DNA of 27,551 nucleotides from Chlamydiota bacterium (GTDB lineage Bacteria; Chlamydiota; Chlamydiia; Chlamydiales; GCA-2402025): NCBI GenBank assembly GCA_037146655.1, contig JBAWWQ010000001.1, positions 1 to 27,551 of the forward strand, read 5' to 3'. Shown piece by piece: positions 24,565 to 27,551 of this stretch (position 1 is its first letter; each line of letters starts with the position of its first letter). The notes under the pieces were generated by a model. It saw only the letters and a program-made list of their open reading frames with translations, ran no database searches and was not told where the DNA came from. The position numbers and the translations under genes were made by a program.

Positions 24565-25511
24565 ATCGGGTAGCTGTCATTCCTTCTATAGGAATTGGTG
24601 ATGGCTTAATTATGATGGTTGTTTCACATAGACTCTATTGTCAAGGTTTTGTCGTAACAACATTTTCTAAGCCTCTCATAGAGCTGCAAAAGTGGTTTCA
24701 AGGACATACCTTTATGGAAAGACCTCCTTTAGATCTTCTAGAATCTACCTTTGCTCCCTTTGATCTTGTTATTTTACAAAACGACAACTCTCCCTTTTCA
24801 AAAAAACTAATCTCTTTATACCAAGAAGGAAAACTCAAAGCCCTTAGCATTTTTTATCCTTCCTATGAAGAGGCTAAACATACATCGCTCTCTCCAATAG
24901 ATAGGGTATTTAATGAAAACCGCTGTATGGTCGATAATGCTGCAAGAGCCATCTCTTCTCTTTTAGGCCTCAATCATTTTTCGAAAAACAACGGATTTAT
25001 TTTAGATGAATCCTACACGCATAGACGCTATAAAAATAGAGTCCTTTTCCATCCAACGAGTTTAGATGAAAAAAGAAATTGGCCAGCCCAAAAATTTCTC
25101 CATGTAGCTACAACACTTCAAAATCAAGGATTTCAACCAGTTTTTATCCTAGCACCTCACGAAAGAGCTAACTGGGAACCTCTTTTACAAAATCTTTTCG
25201 ACATGCCTCTATTTCCAACCCTTGAAGAACTTGCAGCCTACGCATTTGAATCGGGTTATTTAATTGGTAATGATTCAGGAATCGGTCATTTATGTTCCAA
25301 CCTACACATTCCAACGCTTATCATTTCCAACAGAAAAAAATACATGCGCCTGTGGCGCCCTGGCTGGTACAGAGGTGACATTGCGACACCCCCTTCTTGG
25401 ATCCCTAATTTCAAAGGAACAAGACTGCGTGAAAATAAATGGAAACACTGGATATCCACAAGCCAAGTTCTTAAAAAATTTCACAAACTCTTAGATAAAG
25501 AGTTTTCTTAA
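24555..25511 (+). CDS. Glycosyltransferase family 9 (heptosyltransferase-like), tandem paralog
   Basis: GIGDGLI, LFHPTSLDEKRNW and LIGNDSGIGHLCS motifs; 10-nt overlap with the upstream paralog. Confidence 0.85.
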   Translation: MVLDRVAVIPSIGIGDGLIMMVVSHRLYCQGFVVTTFSKPLIELQKWFQGHTFMERPPLDLLESTFAPFDLVILQNDNSPFSKKLISLYQEGKLKALSIFYPSYEEAKHTSLSPIDRVFNENRCMVDNAARAISSLLGLNHFSKNNGFILDESYTHRRYKNRVLFHPTSLDEKRNWPAQKFLHVATTLQNQGFQPVFILAPHERANWEPLLQNLFDMPLFPTLEELAAYAFESGYLIGNDSGIGHLCSNLHIPTLIISNRKKYMRLWRPGWYRGDIATPPSWIPNFKGTRLRENKWKHWISTSQVLKKFHKLLDKEFS

Positions 25512-25642
25512 AAACTCTACAACCCAGACATGCGAAATTTATCAATAAAAGCTCTAGGAGCTGGATATTTCTTTCCATCCATCTTCGTACTAAACCATTG
25601 ATATTACAAACCAACTAGTCTACTAGCTTTTTAATTTCTCTA

Positions 25643-25672
25643 TTTACATGATAAATATTTTAAGTTTAGAAT
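25643..25672 (+). promoter_or_regulatory. Candidate promoter of the nucleotidyltransferase operon
   Basis: TTTACA-N18-TAGAAT immediately before the inverted repeats. Confidence 0.55.
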
Positions 25673-25673
25673 A

Positions 25674-25735
25674 AGGTTAAACCTCTCGATTTGGTAGTTT
25701 TAACAGCCCGAATCGAGAGGTTTAACCTCTCGATT
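25674..25735. repeat. Compound palindromic operator-like element
   Basis: AGGTTAAACCTCTCGATT (25674-25691) and AATCGAGAGGTTTAACCT (25711-25728) form a perfect 18-bp IR. The right arm is itself part of a 25-bp palindrome, AATCGAGAGGTTTAACCTCTCGATT (25711-25735). Confidence 0.92.
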
Positions 25736-25750
25736 TAAAGGAAATACAAG

Positions 25751-26326
25751 ATGAATATGTATGCTGCTACATTAGAACAAGCTTTAGAAACTCTTGGTCA
25801 CCTTTTACTAGATCGCAATTACGAATACGAAGTTGTTGCTATAGGTGGTGGAAGCTTGCTACTTTTAGGTCAAATTCTAAGGATGACAAAAGATTTAGAT
25901 CTCGTAGCTTTGGTAGATTCTGAAGAATTCATTTCCGCATATCCTTTACCTAAAAACTTACTTCAAGCTGTTAATGAAGTAGGCTTAGCATTGGATCTTG
26001 GAAAAGATTGGCTAAACGCTGGTCCTGCAGCTTTACTTGAAATGGGGCTACCTGATGGTTTTAAAACACGTATGCAAACACGTCGTTATGGAGGCCTTAC
26101 TGTTCATCTTGCAGCTAGATTTGATCAAATTTGCTTTAAACTCTACGCCTCCATAGATCAAGGTCCCGAAAGCAAACATTTTGCGGATCTAAAACTTTTA
26201 AACCCAACAGAAGACGAATTAACCAAAGCTGCAAATTGGTGTATTACACATGATGTTTCGGAAGAATTTTCTGTAATATTACAACAGGTTATTATGTCCT
26301 TAAGAGGTAAAAATGCAAATTCTTAA
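25751..26326 (+). CDS. Pol-beta superfamily nucleotidyltransferase (DUF6036/AbiEii-like), putative toxin
   Basis: VVAIGGGSLLL...RMTKDLD matches the GG...R.T.D.D motif; also LCFKLYAS-like ICFKLYAS and KHFADL segments. Confidence 0.78.
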   Translation: MNMYAATLEQALETLGHLLLDRNYEYEVVAIGGGSLLLLGQILRMTKDLDLVALVDSEEFISAYPLPKNLLQAVNEVGLALDLGKDWLNAGPAALLEMGLPDGFKTRMQTRRYGGLTVHLAARFDQICFKLYASIDQGPESKHFADLKLLNPTEDELTKAANWCITHDVSEEFSVILQQVIMSLRGKNANS

Positions 26327-27227
26327 ACAAAAAATTGAACATTATCTTATAGAACTCACTTGGAGCCTTTGGACAGAATTAGGTGTACTAGGAATCTCAA
26401 GACACCATCACGATTGTTTAATAGCACCAGAAGAGCTTATCTTATTAACAACACTCATTGCTGAGCTTGATCCTCGACTCCGAGATGAAGCCTTAGACTG
26501 GTGCAGTCAATATCATCATTTTATATCTGTGACCCGCCTAAAAGCTTTGATAAAAGTGTGCGGTCCCTGTATGCATTTACCTTTCTCAATATTTGCCGCC
26601 ACACTTAATACAGCTTCTACAGCAAATTGGCCTCTTTTCACAAAAACTAGTATAAAAACCTTTATACCTAGTCGCAAATCAAAAGCCCCTCAATGCAAAC
26701 TACCTGCTCTTCTTTATTTAAGACTTCGAGGATTATTTGGCACTGGAGCACGTGCTGATCTATTAACATTTTTCTTAACCTCAAAAGAATCTAATTTTAC
26801 TGCCGCTGATACCGCCCAGCTTGGATACAATAAACGCAGTTTATCTGATCTCTTAGAATCTTTTGTGCAATCTGGGCTTTTCGATGTATTATCTATTCGC
26901 AATCAACTCTTTTATCGTTTTACTAAAAAAAATGAAATGATCCAATTACTGGGTAAAATTCCTAAAACCACTCCATCTTGGCGCCTTATTTTAGAAATCA
27001 TTTTACCGCTATGGTATTGCATTCAATCTATTGAAAACAAATCAATCGCTACAAAAATCACGCAAATACGTGGTGTTTTGTTAGAAATAGATGAACAACT
27101 CAAACTACTTCAATTAGAAGCTCCTCCTTTCCAAGCAGATTTTAATGCTTATTTACATTCTTTTTCTAATTGGCTTCTATCTCTACTAGAAAATATAGCC
27201 CATGGGGATTTTTCTAAAAAAATTTAA
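26313..27227 (+). CDS. 304-aa partner protein with a central wHTH-like segment, putative antitoxin/regulator
   Basis: 14-nt overlap with the NTase gene. GTGARADLLTFFL...FTAADTAQLGYNKRSLSDLLESFVQSGLFDV...NQLFYRF resembles a winged helix. Confidence 0.72.
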   Translation: MQILKQKIEHYLIELTWSLWTELGVLGISRHHHDCLIAPEELILLTTLIAELDPRLRDEALDWCSQYHHFISVTRLKALIKVCGPCMHLPFSIFAATLNTASTANWPLFTKTSIKTFIPSRKSKAPQCKLPALLYLRLRGLFGTGARADLLTFFLTSKESNFTAADTAQLGYNKRSLSDLLESFVQSGLFDVLSIRNQLFYRFTKKNEMIQLLGKIPKTTPSWRLILEIILPLWYCIQSIENKSIATKITQIRGVLLEIDEQLKLLQLEAPPFQADFNAYLHSFSNWLLSLLENIAHGDFSKKI

Positions 27228-27306
27228 AGCGTTTATGGTAAGACAATTGCATATAAGTTATTAAAAAATGTTTTGTATTAAAATGGAAAACATACCTACA
27301 ATGAAC

Positions 27307-27360
27307 TTAGAGGTGGGGGCAGCTCATCTCTAAAATGTCTAAATTGCTAGCTTCTAGCAA
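27307..27360 (+). promoter_or_regulatory. Two leader hairpins ahead of the PE-repeat ORF
   Basis: An 11-bp stem at 27307-27333 (two G-U pairs) and a perfect TTGCTAG-CTT-CTAGCAA at 27344-27360 whose 3' AA overlaps the AAGGAG SD. Confidence 0.45.
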
Positions 27361-27371
27361 GGAGAACGTTC

Positions 27372-27551
27372 ATGAAAAACTCCCCTCATCACAATAAGCA
27401 CCTTAAGCATCAAGCTATTAAGGAAGCAAACGCTATGGGAAACACCCCTCAAAAAGGTTTAGAAAATCCTGAATTTAAAAAAAAAACGTTAGTTAACCCT
27501 GAACCTGAACCTGAACCTGAACCTAAACCTGAACCTGAACCTGAACCTGAA
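27372..27551 (+). CDS. Partial ORF with a Pro-Glu repeat, running off the right edge
   Basis: Not in the track. AAGGAG SD, then MKNSPHHNKHLKHQAIKEANAMGNTPQKGLENPEFKKKTLVNPEPEPEPEPKPEPEPEPE; open to the window end. Confidence 0.7.
   Translation, partial: MKNSPHHNKHLKHQAIKEANAMGNTPQKGLENPEFKKKTLVNPEPEPEPEPKPEPEPEPE
27498..27551 (+). repeat. CCTGAA hexamer tandem repeat, at least 9 units (one CCTAAA variant)
   Basis: Read directly from the sequence; in frame as (PE)n. Confidence 0.95.

Noticed and set aside
25751-26326. NTase as a sugar-nucleotide synthase for the GT9 pair
   Set aside because: The motif is Pol-beta/AbiEii-like rather than an HIGH-type or GT-A sugar nucleotidyltransferase, and the gene has its own promoter, operator and overlapping partner.
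2898-26902. Short track ORFs (2898, 6255, 9118, 12377, 14230, 15086, 18654, 19095, 19835, 20166, 21887, 22559, 23015, 23234, 25264, 25302, 26714)
   Set aside because: All lie mostly or wholly within, or antisense to, well-supported longer genes and show no recognisable motifs; treated as shadow ORFs.
27283-27333. 16-codon uORF MENIPTMNLEVGAAHL
   Set aside because: No SD and no supporting feature; a chance ORF of this size is common.

Overview
AT-rich bacterial window that is most likely from an environmental member of the phylum Chlamydiota. The evidence is a minus-strand core gene run: murF, mraY, murD, LysM protein, ftsW, murG, murC, chlamydial-type ftsQ (no ftsA/ftsZ), khpA, rsbV, miaA and a CT768-like coiled-coil gene. 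This matches from memory the C. trachomatis CT756-CT768 neighbourhood. It is followed by tRNA-Cys, rsmI, a stand-alone groEL paralog and two GT9 glycosyltransferases. Lineage-specific inserts punctuate the backbone: (1) two genes built from three copies of an unrecognised ~300-aa module, one ending in KKRK; (2) a 198-aa orphan; (3) an AAA ATPase/wHTH/PD-(D/E)XK gene splitting murF from mraY, preceded by a 51-bp-period repeat array; (4) a 491-aa protein with a perfect eukaryotic FFAT motif, convergent with a possible ADP-ribosyltransferase-fold protein; (5) a nucleotidyltransferase plus wHTH two-gene operon with an elaborate palindromic operator; (6) a truncated Pro-Glu repeat ORF. No transposase, integrase or CRISPR array was seen. 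All family calls come from motif recognition by eye, with no database searches.
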